A stretch of DNA of 64,000 nucleotides from Utricularia gibba. Its lineage: Eukaryota; Plantae; Magnoliophyta. Shown piece by piece: positions 25,861-48,203 of this stretch. Under the pieces are notes generated by a model that worked only from the letters and a program-made list of their open reading frames with translations, was not told the DNA's origin and ran no database searches. How positions within the stretch are numbered: the first letter of the stretch is position 1; every line of letters begins with the position of its first letter. The position numbers were made by a program, and so were the translations under genes. The stretch covers positions 2,604,001 through 2,668,000 of the forward strand of contig NEEC01000004.1 of the NCBI GenBank assembly GCA_002189035.1. Reading direction: 5' to 3'.

Positions 25861-27000
25861 CAATCTGTGCAACTTGAAAATATTCTCAAAAAATAGTTTG
25901 GCCACAAATACAGTAGTATATGGGTCGGCTAAGGTCAGAAAATGTGCATACTTTGCTAGTCAATCGACCACCACAAAGATAACTTTTTTTCCTCTTGAAA
26001 TGGGTAGATCTTCCACAAAACCAATGGAAATTTCTGACCAAATTCGTTCGGTAGGGGCTATAATAATCCACTGGGTTTTGGTTGCTTTATTTTAATCTTT
26101 TGCCAGATGACACATGAACTTGTTTTTCATTCCTTTCTAATAAAAATCAATCCTTAGACGATGGAGTGTTTTTGCATCCATCATGGAAAGCATTGTGTAT
26201 CGTTGATACTATAAGGTTTGGCAAATTGGATTGTTCATCGTTATATACATGTCGCTTGTAAAAAATCAATCCATTCACGCTGCTCCAGGGCTATTGTTTT
26301 TTTCCTTCTTGGATTTTAGCTAAAAGTTCTCAAAGTTGAGAATTATTCTGGTTGTGGGCTCGAATATCATTGAACAAAACCAGTAATAGCATTGATGTAG
26401 TTGATACTTATAATTCAATATATCCTCCTACTTGGGATATATTTTTCTTGCCCAATTCGTGATTATTCTCAAAATCATAACCCAATAACTCAATTAGGCA
26501 TTTTTTTGTTTTTTTTTTTTTTTGGTGTAATCATTTACTGATGCATCAGATATTGAAGAGTGTTATAATATGTCCTCACAATGAAATGTCATCCTCATAA
26601 GCAATGTCTCCAATGATTGATGGCATACAACATACTCATAAGTAGCTAAGTTTCATTGTCTTTTTTCAAGCTTTTACTAAAATAATCAATGAGATGATGA
26701 TCTTGGTGTAATACAACTCCAATTTTATAATTAGATGCATCACACTCAACAATGAAAATATTCTAAAAATCAGGTGTAGAAAGAACATGGACTCTAGTTA
26801 AACCTTTTAAATTACTAATAGCAATTTCAACAGCCTGGGTTCATTGGAAGTTGTCCTTTAACATGGTGGTCAATGGCATGAATAGGTTATCAAAAGGAGC
26901 TATGAATCATCTATAGTATCCAATCAACATTAGAAATGTCTAAGAAAGTGACAAGCATCTCTAGCATTATAACATATTTGGATGCTTGTAAACCTAAATA
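25861..27000 (-). mobile_element. Highly degenerate gypsy pol fragment (RT end, RNase H, integrase); upper boundary approximate
   Basis: Manual translation on -: FLMLIGYYR*FI..PLTTMLK (~26.9 kb), VLSTPDF*NIFIVECDAS (26731-26789), YAINHWRHCL*G*HFIVRT (~26.6 kb), WSEISIGFVEDLP..VVVD*LAKYAHF (25861-26040). Confidence 0.75.
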
Positions 27001-28818
27001 ATTTTGCGAAAGCATACACAATCTTCCAAAGATCTCCTTATTCATTCTAAGTTATTTTAAACAGGTGAAGTTATTATTTAAAATGAGTTTCGATAAAGTT
27101 GATAATTGTAAGAAAATCATATTAAGCAATAAATATCTGTAACACAAGGACCTAAAAAATTGGCACTATTAGTTTACTCCATCACACACATCATGTACAT
27201 CCATTGAATGACAATGTATATTGCAAACAATAAAAAAACATACTCTCTTAATCACTGGTTGACATATGTTTTTGTAATATATTTGATGCAAAAGTAGTGA
27301 AGAAACTATACTAGAACAACACACCAAAAAACAGATAGTAATTGAGAGAATTTGGGTATAAGAATGTTTAGTTCAAAAATTATAACAACAAACGAAAAAT
27401 ATATTATCAAGGAAATGAGATTCTATCAAACCATCTCAAAAATTAGTTTGCTATGATGTTTGCTGAAATTTCTTTCCTTTGAAACTGAAAATCTGTTTTG
27501 AAGTCAACTAATGAACGATCGAAGGAAAAAAAAAATTGGGAGGAAAAGACATACTCGAAGAAAGACTTTTAATGGCATTTGCTTGGTGCACTACTCTTCA
27601 AAAGTGGATCATTTAGGTAGAATAATTTGGTCTAAAACAAATGGTATTGTAAAATTGACTCGTGTAGATGCATGTTAAAATTTTTAAAACTCATGTAGTT
27701 TATGACATCCTCAATCAAATATGGATATTGGCTTGATAAATTGGCCCCATTTACACTTGCAAACCAACCTAGCCCATAATATATTTATTAACTACCTCTT
27801 CTCCTTTGATGTGATCTTTCAAATCATAAGTGATTGGAAAATCAAATTTTTTGAGTTTAATAAAGCAATCCTTCAAAAGAAGAAAGTTGGGTTCTAGGAA
27901 ATTCATATTCTTTATGGAAATGGTGTCATACTCATATAATAAAAAGAAGATAAGAGCGATAAATCATATTAAACACTATAAATAAAATTTGATAAGTTTA
28001 AAATTTTTCAAGAATTCAAAATAGAAGTTTTATTATATTACACTAAAAATTGTCCATCAATTAGGGTGAGATTCTACTTATATAATTAGATAAATGAATC
28101 TATTTAAAGAAGAAATACTAGTATTCAAGTAGAAACACATGGATCTAACTTCACTCTCTTTGATTCATATTGAGTAGTTTGAATTCATTACCATGTTTTT
28201 CATAGGATTGTTAATTAGTCCATAATCCCTTCAAAATCTCCTAATTCTTTCATGTTCTTAATCTAGTGATTGATTCAAGTGAAATTATCAAAGAATTATT
28301 AATGTTATTTATCTCATATTCATTTTTTTTTTTTTTGTCTCTAGTATGTGTACTCTCAGCACCCGGCATCCCCTCCTAAAATAAGGAAACCAAAAAAAGC
28401 AATGATATACAATTAATTCCTTATGAACCAGCAACGTTACTGATGTGACCCTCTAATCTATAGAGATTAGCAACCCACGAAAAAGAGGTGATTTTGAAGC
28501 TTAGAAGAGAACCCACCCAAGTCTACCCTCAAGAGAATAAATCTCTTGCAACCAGACTTCGAAACAAAGAAAATTAGGAGCCACACTTCAGAAAAGAGAG
28601 ATTGATTGGAAGTGATAATCCTAGAACGCCACAAGCTCAAAGCTTGATAAGTTAAGAGTGTTCAAGCACTCAAAGGAGAGGGGAATCCTCACAAGATACA
28701 TAAAATGACCAAAGATGCTGAATTAGTACATCTCTAGAGTATTTATACTCTAGAATTGGGCTCTAACATTACATAGTCCAAACTAAATGAAATAGAAAAG
28801 TCTAACAAGCCCAATGCT

Positions 28819-31725
28819 CTAAGTTAAGTCCATCTTCAAGTAGTTGAGCTCTTTTGATGGGATGTCTTCAAGCCCATGTTTGATTCCAATGGTATTGAGT
28901 AGACCCTTAAGTGTATCTTCAACCATCTTTGTCTTGCTCCTAGTCATTGGTCCTGGTGGAATCATCTTTCTTTCTAATTTGTTCACTTGAACAAACTCCT
29001 CATCATTCTTCAAATACACTTCATTATCTTCCTGGGGCTCATCATCCCCCCTTTCTTTAGGAAGATTCGTCCCTGAATCTGTATCCATGTCGAAAAGAGA
29101 CAAATCAGCAACATTGAAAGTTGAATGAACAGAATACTCACCTGGTAAATCTAGCTTGTACGCATTATCATTAACGCGCTCAACAACTTGGAAAGGGCCA
29201 TCTCCACGAGGTAGAAGTTTGGACTTTCTCTTTGTGGGAAATCTCTCCTTCCTAAGATGAAGCCAAACCCAATCTCCAGGTTCAAATACAACTTTGCGTC
29301 TCCCCTTGTTTGCTGCTGATGCATACTTTGCATTGTTGCATTCAATCTGTTGTTTCACCTTTTCATGCAATCTTCTGATTGCATCAGCTCTCTTCTTGCC
29401 ATCTAAACTAACTTTCTCATCACAAGGCAAAGGTAACATATCCAAAGGTGTAAGAGGATTAAAACCATAAACGACTTCAAATGGAGATAATTTAATAGTC
29501 AGATGCATGGTTCTATTGTAAGCAAACTCAACAAGTGGCAAACATTCCTCCCAAGTCTTAAGATTTGATTTAATCATAATCCTAAGTAAGGTAGAAAGTG
29601 TGCGATTAGTTACCTCAGTTTGCCCATCGGTTTGAGGGTGACATGTTGTTGAGTATAACAGTTTAGTGCCAAGTTTACTCCAAAGAACTCTCCAAAAGTG
29701 ACTAATAAACCTTGCATCTCGATCAGAGACAATAGTTAGGGGCATACCATGAAGTCTAACAACTTCCCTAAAGAAGAGATCAGCCACATGAGATGCATCA
29801 TCAGTTTTATGGCAGGGAATAAAGTGTGCCATCTTTGAAAACCTGTCCACAACAACGAAAATTGAATCTCTACCCCTTTGGGTACGAGGTAAGCCTAAAA
29901 CAAAGTCCATAGAAATGTCCACCCATGGTTGGGAAGGAGTAGGGAGTGGAGTATACAAACCATTAGGGGCAGTGGTTGATTTAGCCTTCCTACAAGAGAT
30001 ACATCTAGAACAAATTCTTTCAACATCCCTTCTCATGTGTGGCCAAAAGAAATGTTGGGTGAGAGTATCAAGAGTCTTTTTAACACCAAAATGTCCCATT
30101 AGTCCCCCACCATGAGCTTCTCTAACAATCAAATCACGTATGGAGCAAGAAGGAATGCACAGCCTATCTTTCCTATAAAGAAAACCATCTTTCCTGAAGA
30201 ATAGTCCAGATGTAGCAAGTTCACATGCCTTATAAATATCCCCAAAATCGTGGTCATAAACATATAAGTCAATGATGGAAGCAAATCCAAGAATTCTTGC
30301 ATCAAGATTGGCTAAGAGAGTGTACCTTCGAGATAAAGCATCAGCAACCACATTCTCCTTACCTTTCTTGTATTTGATCACATATGGGAATGTGTCAATG
30401 AATTCCACCCACTTAGCATGTCTTCTATTCAGCTTTACTTGAGCCTTCAAATGTTTGAGAGACTCATGATCAGTGTGTATCACGAACTCCTTAGGCCATA
30501 AGTAGTGCTGCCATGTCTCCAAAGCTCTAACCAACGCATACAACTCTTTGTCATATGTTGGATAGTTGAGGGTAGCACCATGAAGCTTCTCACTAAAATA
30601 AGCAAGTGGACGTCCCTTTTGCATCAACACAGCACCAATCCCTAAACCTGATGCATCACATTCAATTTCAAAAGTATCAGAAAAATTTGGAAGTGCTAGG
30701 AGAGGTGTTGAGCAAAGCTTATTCTTGAGTTGTTTGAAAGCATGTTCCTGCTCATCTCCCCAATGAAATGCATGATTTTTCTTGATCAACTGGGTGAGGG
30801 GTGCTGCTATAGAACTGAAGTCCCTAACAAACTGTCTATAGAAACTTGCTAAACCATGAAAACTCCTAACTTCACCCAATGATGTAGGTGTTGGCCATTC
30901 TTTGATTGCTCTTACTTTCTCTTCATCCACAGCTACTCCTGCATTACTTACAACATATCCAAGAAAAGAGACACTATTTGTGCAAAAGACACACTTTTTG
31001 ATATTAGCAAACAACTTCTCTTTTCTAAGAGTATCTAACACATCTTTCAAATGCCCTACATGTTCCTCAATACTTTTACTATAGATCAGAATATCATCAA
31101 AATAAACAACAACAAATCTACCTATAAAAGGCCTAAGAACGTGATTCATCAATCTCATAAAGGTGCTAGGAGCATTGGTTAACCCAAAAGGCATAACAAC
31201 CCACTCATACAAACCAAACTTAGTTTTAAAAGCAGTTTTCCACTCATCACCTTCCTTCATTCTAATCTGATGATATCCACTTCTCAAATCAATCTTACTA
31301 AAAACACAAGCACCATGCAATTCATCAAGCATATCTTCAAGTCTAGGGATAGGATGTCTATACTTGATTGTGATGTTGTTGATGGCGCGACAATCAGTGC
31401 ACATCCGCCAAGTTCCATCAGACTTTGGAACCAATAACACCGGCACCGAGCAAGGACTCATGCTCTCACGCACAAATCCTTTAGACACCAATTCCTCAAC
31501 TTGTTTTTGTATTTCCTTCGTCTCCTCTGGATTGGCTCGGTATGCTGGTCGGTTTGGGAGTTGTGCTCCAGGGACAAGGTCAATTTGATGCTCAATCCCT
31601 CTAAGGGGAGGTAAGCCTTGAAGTTCTTCTGGAAAAACATCTTCATATACCTGTAAGAGAGACACAACACAAGATGGAATGGATGAAGCATGGTTAGGTG
31701 AAGTAGGAACTTCATCCTTATACAT
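28819..31725 (-). CDS. CRM pol segment: RT - RNase H - integrase, open for 968 aa
   Basis: [37 protein letters not shown] zinc finger, [25 protein letters not shown] and CR motifs. Confidence 0.9.
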   Translation of the reverse strand: MYKDEVPTSPNHASSIPSCVVSLLQVYEDVFPEELQGLPPLRGIEHQIDLVPGAQLPNRPAYRANPEETKEIQKQVEELVSKGFVRESMSPCSVPVLLVPKSDGTWRMCTDCRAINNITIKYRHPIPRLEDMLDELHGACVFSKIDLRSGYHQIRMKEGDEWKTAFKTKFGLYEWVVMPFGLTNAPSTFMRLMNHVLRPFIGRFVVVYFDDILIYSKSIEEHVGHLKDVLDTLRKEKLFANIKKCVFCTNSVSFLGYVVSNAGVAVDEEKVRAIKEWPTPTSLGEVRSFHGLASFYRQFVRDFSSIAAPLTQLIKKNHAFHWGDEQEHAFKQLKNKLCSTPLLALPNFSDTFEIECDASGLGIGAVLMQKGRPLAYFSEKLHGATLNYPTYDKELYALVRALETWQHYLWPKEFVIHTDHESLKHLKAQVKLNRRHAKWVEFIDTFPYVIKYKKGKENVVADALSRRYTLLANLDARILGFASIIDLYVYDHDFGDIYKACELATSGLFFRKDGFLYRKDRLCIPSCSIRDLIVREAHGGGLMGHFGVKKTLDTLTQHFFWPHMRRDVERICSRCISCRKAKSTTAPNGLYTPLPTPSQPWVDISMDFVLGLPRTQRGRDSIFVVVDRFSKMAHFIPCHKTDDASHVADLFFREVVRLHGMPLTIVSDRDARFISHFWRVLWSKLGTKLLYSTTCHPQTDGQTEVTNRTLSTLLRIMIKSNLKTWEECLPLVEFAYNRTMHLTIKLSPFEVVYGFNPLTPLDMLPLPCDEKVSLDGKKRADAIRRLHEKVKQQIECNNAKYASAANKGRRKVVFEPGDWVWLHLRKERFPTKRKSKLLPRGDGPFQVVERVNDNAYKLDLPGEYSVHSTFNVADLSLFDMDTDSGTNLPKERGDDEPQEDNEVYLKNDEEFVQVNKLERKMIPPGPMTRSKTKMVEDTLKGLLNTIGIKHGLEDIPSKELNYLKMDLT

Positions 31726-33766
31726 GAGTAGAATGAATGGTTGCCTAGCATGAAGTGTCTAATCTCACTTGGCCTTGCTAATAGACTCTCATTCTTTCTC
31801 TCAATTTCTAAAACTCTCATGTTTTCACTCTCTGTTTTGTGCTCATTTTCATCCTTTTTTCCACTCAATTCCTTGCCATCTCTTCTTTTTTCTCCACTTT
31901 TTCGCATCTTTTTTTCACTCATTTTCACTTCACTCATCTCTTCTCCCTTACGAACGACCACCTTGTGCTTTCCATTATCAGTATGAAGGCCTCTAGCATC
32001 ACTCAGAATTCTGACTTGATCTTCATGTGCCTCCTTTGGAGATAATGGAGCAAGTGTGATGGAGCGTCCATTATAATTGAAGGAATATTTGTTCTTGAAA
32101 CCATCATGAAATGCTCTTCTATCATATTCCCAAGGTCTCCCAAGAAGAATATGGCTTGCATGCATAGGAACAACATCACATAGGACTTCATCTTCATATC
32201 TCCTTATGGAAAACGTCACAAGCACTTGTTTGGTAACCTTTACCTCACTTCCTTCATTGAACCACTGCGAATTATAAGGCTTAGGATGCCTCACGGTGGG
32301 TAGTCCCAATTTCTCCACCAAGATGTTGCTAGCAACATTGGTGCAACTACCTCCATCAATAATCAGGCTGCAAACTTTCCTATTAACAAAGCATCGGGTT
32401 TGAAACAAGTTCTCCCTTTGCTCATCATTATCCTTCACCCCAATGTTAAGCGTCCTTCGAGTGACTAATACTTCTCCAGAAACAAACAATTCATCCTCAT
32501 CACTCACTTTAGCTTCTGTCTCCACTAGATCATCATCATCTTCACTAACAACTTCGCCATTGCCCCTAATCACCATTGCTCGTTTATTTGGGCATTCAGA
32601 AGCAATATGTCCAAGTCCCAAGCATTTGAAACATTTTATGTTTCTGGTAGTTCCCTTTGGAGGTGTTGTTCGCTCCCCTTGCTTGGAACTTGATTGGATG
32701 TCGAATTTGAAGTGTTCCATGGATGACTTCCCTTTATTTCTCTCCATCATCTCATTGGTGCCCCCAAATTCAAACCATAAGTCCTCTTGTTGAAATCTCT
32801 TGCGAAACTCTTGCTAGATAGTTGTTTCTCAACCTTTGTGGCCATATGAATCATGTCCTCCATCTCAATGTAGTGATGAAGCTCCACAATATTTGCAATC
32901 TCCTTATTCATCCCATGAAGAAACCTAGCCATAGTTGCTTCTCTATCTTCCTAAACATGAGCTCTAATCATTAAAATCTCCATTTCCTGCCAATATTCCT
33001 CCACTGGCCTTGAGCCCTGCTTGAGATTTTGCAAACGTTGATAAACATCTCTTTGGTAATGGTTTGGAACAAACCGCCTCCTCATAACTCTTTTCATCTC
33101 AACCCAAGTGTGAATTGGTTCTTCAGAGTCAATCCTTCTTTTAGCCACCAATTGATCCCACCAAATGATAGCATAGTCACTAAATTCCATGGAGGCCAAT
33201 CTGATTTTCTTTTCGTCAGAGAAGGTGTTGCAATCAAAGACATGTTCTACTCTTGTTTCCCATTGGAGATATGCATCTGGATCATTCTTTCCTTGAAATT
33301 GAGGTATCTTCATCTTGATGTTGTTAACATCCTTTCCAATTCTTCCTCCGTCTCTTCTACCTCCCTGATCTCGAAATCTTCTTGTATCCCCATGCACAAA
33401 ATCATTTTCACTATGTTCAATGTAGTCATCTTCTTCATCAGTATTCAGGGTTCGATCTCTTCTTCCAACAGTCCTTGCACTTCGTTGATCACTTAAGTCA
33501 TGTTCAGTGTTGATGCGTTGATGCAATTGACTACCTCGACCCCTTCCAGCAGCATAATTATCTTGTCTTCGTGCTCTTGCAACATTTTGCAAAGAATTTT
33601 CGTGTTCATCAAGCCTGACATTTATGTTTTCCAGAATGCGATGCAATCTAGTGAACTCCTGTTGCATAGCTTTCAAAGTGAACCTCCCATCCGGTGAGTC
33701 ATCCTTTTCATGCTCACTTCTGGAATTTGACATCCTAAATACTGGACAAAAGAAAACGAGCAGCAA
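31726..33766 (-). pseudogene. CRM gag-protease region with three lesions
   Basis: Gag (IPQFQGKNDPDAYLQWE), zinc knuckle CFKCLGLGHIASEC and protease LIIDGGSCTN. In-frame TAG at 32951-32953, frameshift at the C5 run 32761-32765, and a frameshift near 31757. Confidence 0.8.
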
Positions 33767-36036
33767 GGAAGAAAAGAGACTAAACTAAAAAGAACAAAGA
33801 AACACACACAAGATTTACCACTCAATACTCAAGCTTCAAGTCCTTGATGCACTCTTTAATGTCATCATGCTTGTTCTCATGGCATCTAACGAATTAATCA
33901 CTTCCAGATTGGTATTGATTATAGTGTAATGATGGAGTTAGGTGAGGGTGGTAGTATTAATAGTCTCAAGATGGAGACAAAGGGAAGTGTTTAAATTAAA
34001 TTGGTTGCTTGTTGGAATAGATAAATAGGAAGGATGGACAACAACGTAAGAACAGATGAAATCAGAGAATAGAGCACTACACATGAAATGTGTTGCTTGC
34101 TAAACTATAGAAATACAGGAATGGGCAATCAACAAAGAGAATAGTCAAATGGAAAGGTGGGGACACGTGAATGACAGGGGATGGGAATTGAAGATAAGAA
34201 AAACAACAATAAAGTGGTTGCTTGGTGGAATGAGAAAAGTAGAGAGGTGGGCCACAATTTAAACATACATAATAATGGATGATAGTGATGGGTAATGGAT
34301 GTTCACCTTCACACTCCTTATCCTCTTGCACACTTGAAAATGATATTCAATGTGTTCTTGCTATTCAATTGACACTCAATTTCGAGCTCTTCTTCAATCA
34401 ACTTCCTGTGAACCCCCCTTTTTTTTTGTACTAAAGACAAAAGTAATAAGGACTTGGCTTGAACGATTTTTTTTTTTTTTTTTTTTTTTTTGAATAGGCA
34501 GGAATGGAAGAACTCAAACAAGAACTGGATAATAATAAGGATAAGGAACCCAAAGCTCTGATACCAAAATGATGTGACCCTCTAATCTATAGAGATTAGC
34601 AACCCACGAAAAAGAGGTGATTTTGAAGCTTAGAAGAGAACCCACCCAAGTCTACCCTCAAGAGAATAAATCTCTTGCAACCAGACTTCGAAACAAAGAA
34701 AATTAGGAGCCACACTTCAGAAAAGAGAGATTGATTGGAATTGATAATCCTAGAACGCCACAAGCTCAAAGCTTGATAAGTTAAGAGTGTTCAAGCACTC
34801 AAAGGAGAGGGGAATCCTCACAAGATACATAAAATGACCAAAGATGCTGAATTAGTACATCTCTAGAGTATTTATACTCTAGAATTGGGCTCTAACATTA
34901 CATAGTCCAAACTAAATGAAATAGAAAAGTCTAACAAGCCCAATGCTCTAAGTTAAGTCCATCTTCAAGTAGTTGAGCTCTTTTGATGGGATGTCTTCAA
35001 GCCCATGTTTGATTCCAATGGTATTGAGTAGACCCTTAAGTGTATCTTCAACCATCTTTGTCTTGCTCCTAGTCATTGGTTCTGGTGGAATCATCTTTCT
35101 TTCTAATTTGTTCACTTGAACAAACTCCTCATCATTCTTCAAATACACTTCATTATCTTCCTGGGGCTCATCAGTTACACATCAAAGGAGAACTCCACTC
35201 GCAAGGTATGTTTACGATAAGAAAGATTCACAATATTTCATGTAAGAAAACAATCACCAGAATCAAGGATTCACATGGAGCAACAACGTATGAGAGTACG
35301 GCATCACACTCCTAAGATACGTGCATATAGATGAATGCAACTTTAAATCCCACGAACATGAGAAAAGCATTGGAAATTTGATACACTAGATAAACACATA
35401 TATTAAATTTAATATAAAACACACAATTTATTTTCTTTTGAATAAACATACATAAAAAAACTTAAATTTATTTAAAGACAATTTAAATTAAATTAAATTA
35501 TCAATTTTAATTTTTTTTACCACATAATCATATTAGATAAAATATTTCTCAAAACTAATACAAGCTATCTACCAGACACTCGGTATGAATTTTTTATAAG
35601 AAATTTAAGTTTGGATCAAAATCAGAATCATATGAGATGGTTAGTTTCAGAGTCCAGTTCATTTAGATACCAGTGAATCAACCGGTCTACATCTAATAGC
35701 AGATCTCAGATAGGTGTTTTTTTAACTGTCAGAATTATGCAGCCATAGATTTGTTTTAGTTGAGAGAAATTTTCTTGTTTTGAGCGAGTGTTTTCCCTCA
35801 TGGAGAGAGGAGGATGAGTCTGCACTCCCCACACCAAGAGCAACGAATTCAAAGGCTGCACTTGTCAGTCAAATTCAGGTGCAACGAGAAACCATCTCTT
35901 GCAATGCCTTGCATGGAACTAGCTGATTCACTCCGCTTATTCCTTCACAAAATCACGATTAAGGATACAGATGCAAACAAACTTCCAAGGTTTGTCTCCT
36001 GCTCATAAGGAGGTTTCTGCAGGGGATCCAAGTTTC

Positions 36037-36799
36037 TCAGTTCTTCCTCCCTTCACTGAGGATAATGTGGTATCCATGCCTGCATTCCAATATCTCAATA
36101 GCTTTAAAGAAGAGAATCTGGGATTTCAAGAATGAAAGCGAGAAGCCTCAATGGACTTACGTTGATTTGAAGGGTGCACTGGTCACCCCTACGGGTGTAT
36201 TGAACGCAACCTCTTGAAATGGGCCAGCCATCTTACCCCGTGGAAACCATCCCAAGTCCCCGCCCTTCTTGCCTGAGGGGCATTCTGAATATTCTGCCGC
36301 TATCTGAACCAACAGAAAATATGCATGTGTCACCGCACACATCATTATAGATTCAGCATTGCAACATGTGATTTTCAGGAAAAGAGCAAACAGGATGCTG
36401 ATTCTGCAGCTTAATCCATGCACGCTTTGCTCCTTAGCAAGTTAGATGAGTAGTCAACACCAACACCGCACCTTAGCGAACTCTGCAGCTGGAACCTTGT
36501 CCCCGTTACTAAGCCACCCATCCTGCAGCTTCTTGTAAGCTTCATTAATCTTTCCTTGCTTCTCACACAAGATATGTCTTGCTGAAAACATGGATAGCGC
36601 GCATCAAAATAGAAGCTTCAATTGCAGCCAGAATGTTGACATAATCAAACCGAAAACCTTTAACATATGTGCAAGTTCCCAGGCCGTCTCCCTTCCCTCC
36701 TTTTCCTTTTGACTTCGAAGCATCATCACTTCCTGATGCTGCAGCCTGTTTCCCCTTACCCTTGCTTCCTGAGTCCTTAGGCTTTGAATCCTTTCCCAT
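36037..36799 (-). CDS. PIN4: Parvulin-type peptidyl-prolyl cis-trans isomerase (Par14/PIN4 family; not the auxin carrier), 145 aa
   Basis: Exons 36799-36658, 36581-36472, 36303-36161 and 36079-36037. Basic N-terminus, then VKARHILCEKQGK, SECPSGKKGGDLGWF, STHGYHIILSEGRKN*. Confidence 0.93.
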
Positions 36800-37404
36800 G
36801 GCAGCTGGTACGAGATCTAAAATAAAATTTCGCGGTAAATACCATAAAGTTACAATTACCCTGATCCAAAGGCAGCAGTTTTGCTTGCTACCAATTCCCA
36901 TTACATGTTACGTGGGAAACAAAAAGATTCAGATCAAAATAGAATAGAATCAATGGTAAAGGCATCAATTAAGACAGAAAACCAGAAACATAGAGCAGGT
37001 AGAAGCAAAGGATATACTTCCAATCAGCAATTTTTACACATGATCGGTCCAGTCGATCCGAAATGACACACTCCAAGTGCATAGTCTCGATATTTCCAAA
37101 AATACTAATCTATTCTACAGTAAAAAAACGTTTTTCAATTTCCAATCCATCCTTCGCTGTAGTCTCAAGCAAAAACGTTGAGTGGAGTACGGAATACATC
37201 ATACGAGCCAACAGACCAAAAGAAATCGTTTTCCACATAAAGAGTGAGCAGATCGATGTAAATACAATCAGCTCAGGGGAATAACCAACCTCAATATTCC
37301 GGTGAAGGGAAACGGAGACAGAATCAACCCGGCGGTGGAGGATTATTGACTTGTCGGAGATGAACCGAAAAGGGTTGAGTTCGGATCCATATTTTATGTG
37401 AAAC

Positions 37405-37418
37405 GGGCCATGGGCCCA
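37405..37418. promoter_or_regulatory. Site II-like (TGGGCC) motifs upstream of the parvulin gene
   Basis: GGGCCATGGGCCCA contains TGGGCC on both strands, about 600 bp upstream of the ATG. This is a short motif and could be chance. Confidence 0.35.
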
Positions 37419-39184
37419 GAAAACAACAATAGTAAATCTAACCCAATTGTATCCCACACGAAAAAGACCCATTTAAAACGAATAAATTAAAACAGAATAT
37501 CATTTTTTATTATAAAAAACTAAGGCCACATGTGTTACGTAGCTTAAAGGTCTTCAACCTTGGGATAGAAGAATGATCAATTGGGATCTTGTTTGTCACG
37601 TGTACCTCTCCAATCAAACACTTAAATACAACTAAATTAAAGAAAAGATTAAATAACATATAACAATAAAGATAATTATTCTAATATAAATAAAACCTAT
37701 ATATATTATAAATTTCTAGTTAGATAATTTTAATCATATTTAAACATAGAAAAAGACAGAAAAGAAGATCATAAAATTTAACAAAACTACCAAAGAGTCA
37801 AATAGAATAAGTATACCTCCAAACATCTTAGCAACTCCATCAAGAAATATAGTAATGGTAGTTATAGTCTGTGATGAAAATATTTCGTACAAACAAAAAT
37901 TCCATCAGCCTAACCCTCATGGCAACTCACATCGATGTCTTCATCATTGGCCTTATCCCATAGACTATAGTTCTTTGGTATAACAAACCAGATTCATAGC
38001 ATTTTGAAGTTTAGCATCGTATACTGCCAACTATAATAGAGAGAAAGAGACTACCCCTTGTAGTAGGCATTTTGCAATGGATAGATTTGATATTTTTCGA
38101 GCACATCATCGCATTCTAGTGTGAGGTGAAAGGATTGTGGATATAAACTGAGGGTTTTAGGAGGGTGATCCATTTTTTTTTTATGAACAGATGCATTTTC
38201 AATACACATAATCTGCGTGTCTCCATTTGTAGTTAAGGTTAGCTCGATAAGTCATCTATAATGCGTAACTCTATGAGGTCTACAATTGTGTTCAAGGTCC
38301 ATACATCAAAATAGTAGATTTATGATACCTGAATGAAGAGCATAACTGGACACTATAGGCAAGATTCCATCTGCTAAACAATATCATTGGAATTAACTGA
38401 TAAGAAGCTCTTAATTGAATAGATCTTAGAAGGCCTTATTATGCTCATTGTCCAAGCACTACCATCGTAGATTTTTTATGCCTAGATGATGAGCACAATT
38501 GGACCTTAGATGTAAGGTTCAATCTTCCACATAGTATCATTAGAATTAACTCAATAAGATGCTTCTGATTGAGTAGAGCCTAGAAGGTCATATTGAGCTC
38601 ATACCATAGTTAAACTCCGAAGGTAAGCTTCGATCTTCAATAAGCCAAGAATTATCAAAGTAAGCATAGAAGAAGTAGACTATTCATACTATGCGAGCAT
38701 TTTGAGGGGAGCAAATGTAACATTGATGACAAAAGAAATATCTCTACTACGTATCTATTTGAAAATGATGGATTATTTTTTTATTATTATTTATGCGATT
38801 TTTTATTTCATGCATCATTTCTTTCAATTTTCGTTTTCTTCTAAAATAAAGAAATAATATCATTTTAGACAAATCCTACATTAATCACAAATTACAGATG
38901 AAAAAAGCAATAGATTAAATGGAAGGGATCACCTAAATGAAACTTTTTTATAGTTAAATATCGACTACAACAATCTTAAGATGAATGACCACTAAAAAAC
39001 TTCCCATTTAAATATGAAAAAAATATAAAACCATATATGCGTACGCAAATGGTGATAATGGGTGAAGCTCACATTTGGCACAAAGTAACCAAATAGGAGG
39101 CAAGGCATTATTAGACAGCAGTAGTAGTGGAAATGGGGATGGCAAAGAGACTCAAGCGTTTTACTCAGCAAAACGTCTGTCTCT

Positions 39185-48203
<9,019 letters not shown>

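Larger units (their letters stand above)
28441..35173 (-). mobile_element. Structurally complete, young CRM-clade Ty3/gypsy LTR retrotransposon (6733 bp)
   Basis: LTRs 28441-29044 and 34570-35173 (604 bp, TGATG...CATCA, 2 mismatches counted). TSD GTTAC at 28436-28440 and 35174-35178. PBS TGGTATCAGAGC (tRNA-iMet) at 34555-34566. PPT AAAGGGGGGA next to the 3' LTR. Integrase reads into the 3' LTR with the CR motif GPMTRSKTK. Confidence 0.95.

Noticed and set aside
32951-32953. Programmed stop-codon readthrough in CRM gag
   Set aside because: The TAG sits mid-gag where Glu is expected and lacks a CARYYA-type context; a point mutation or error is simpler.
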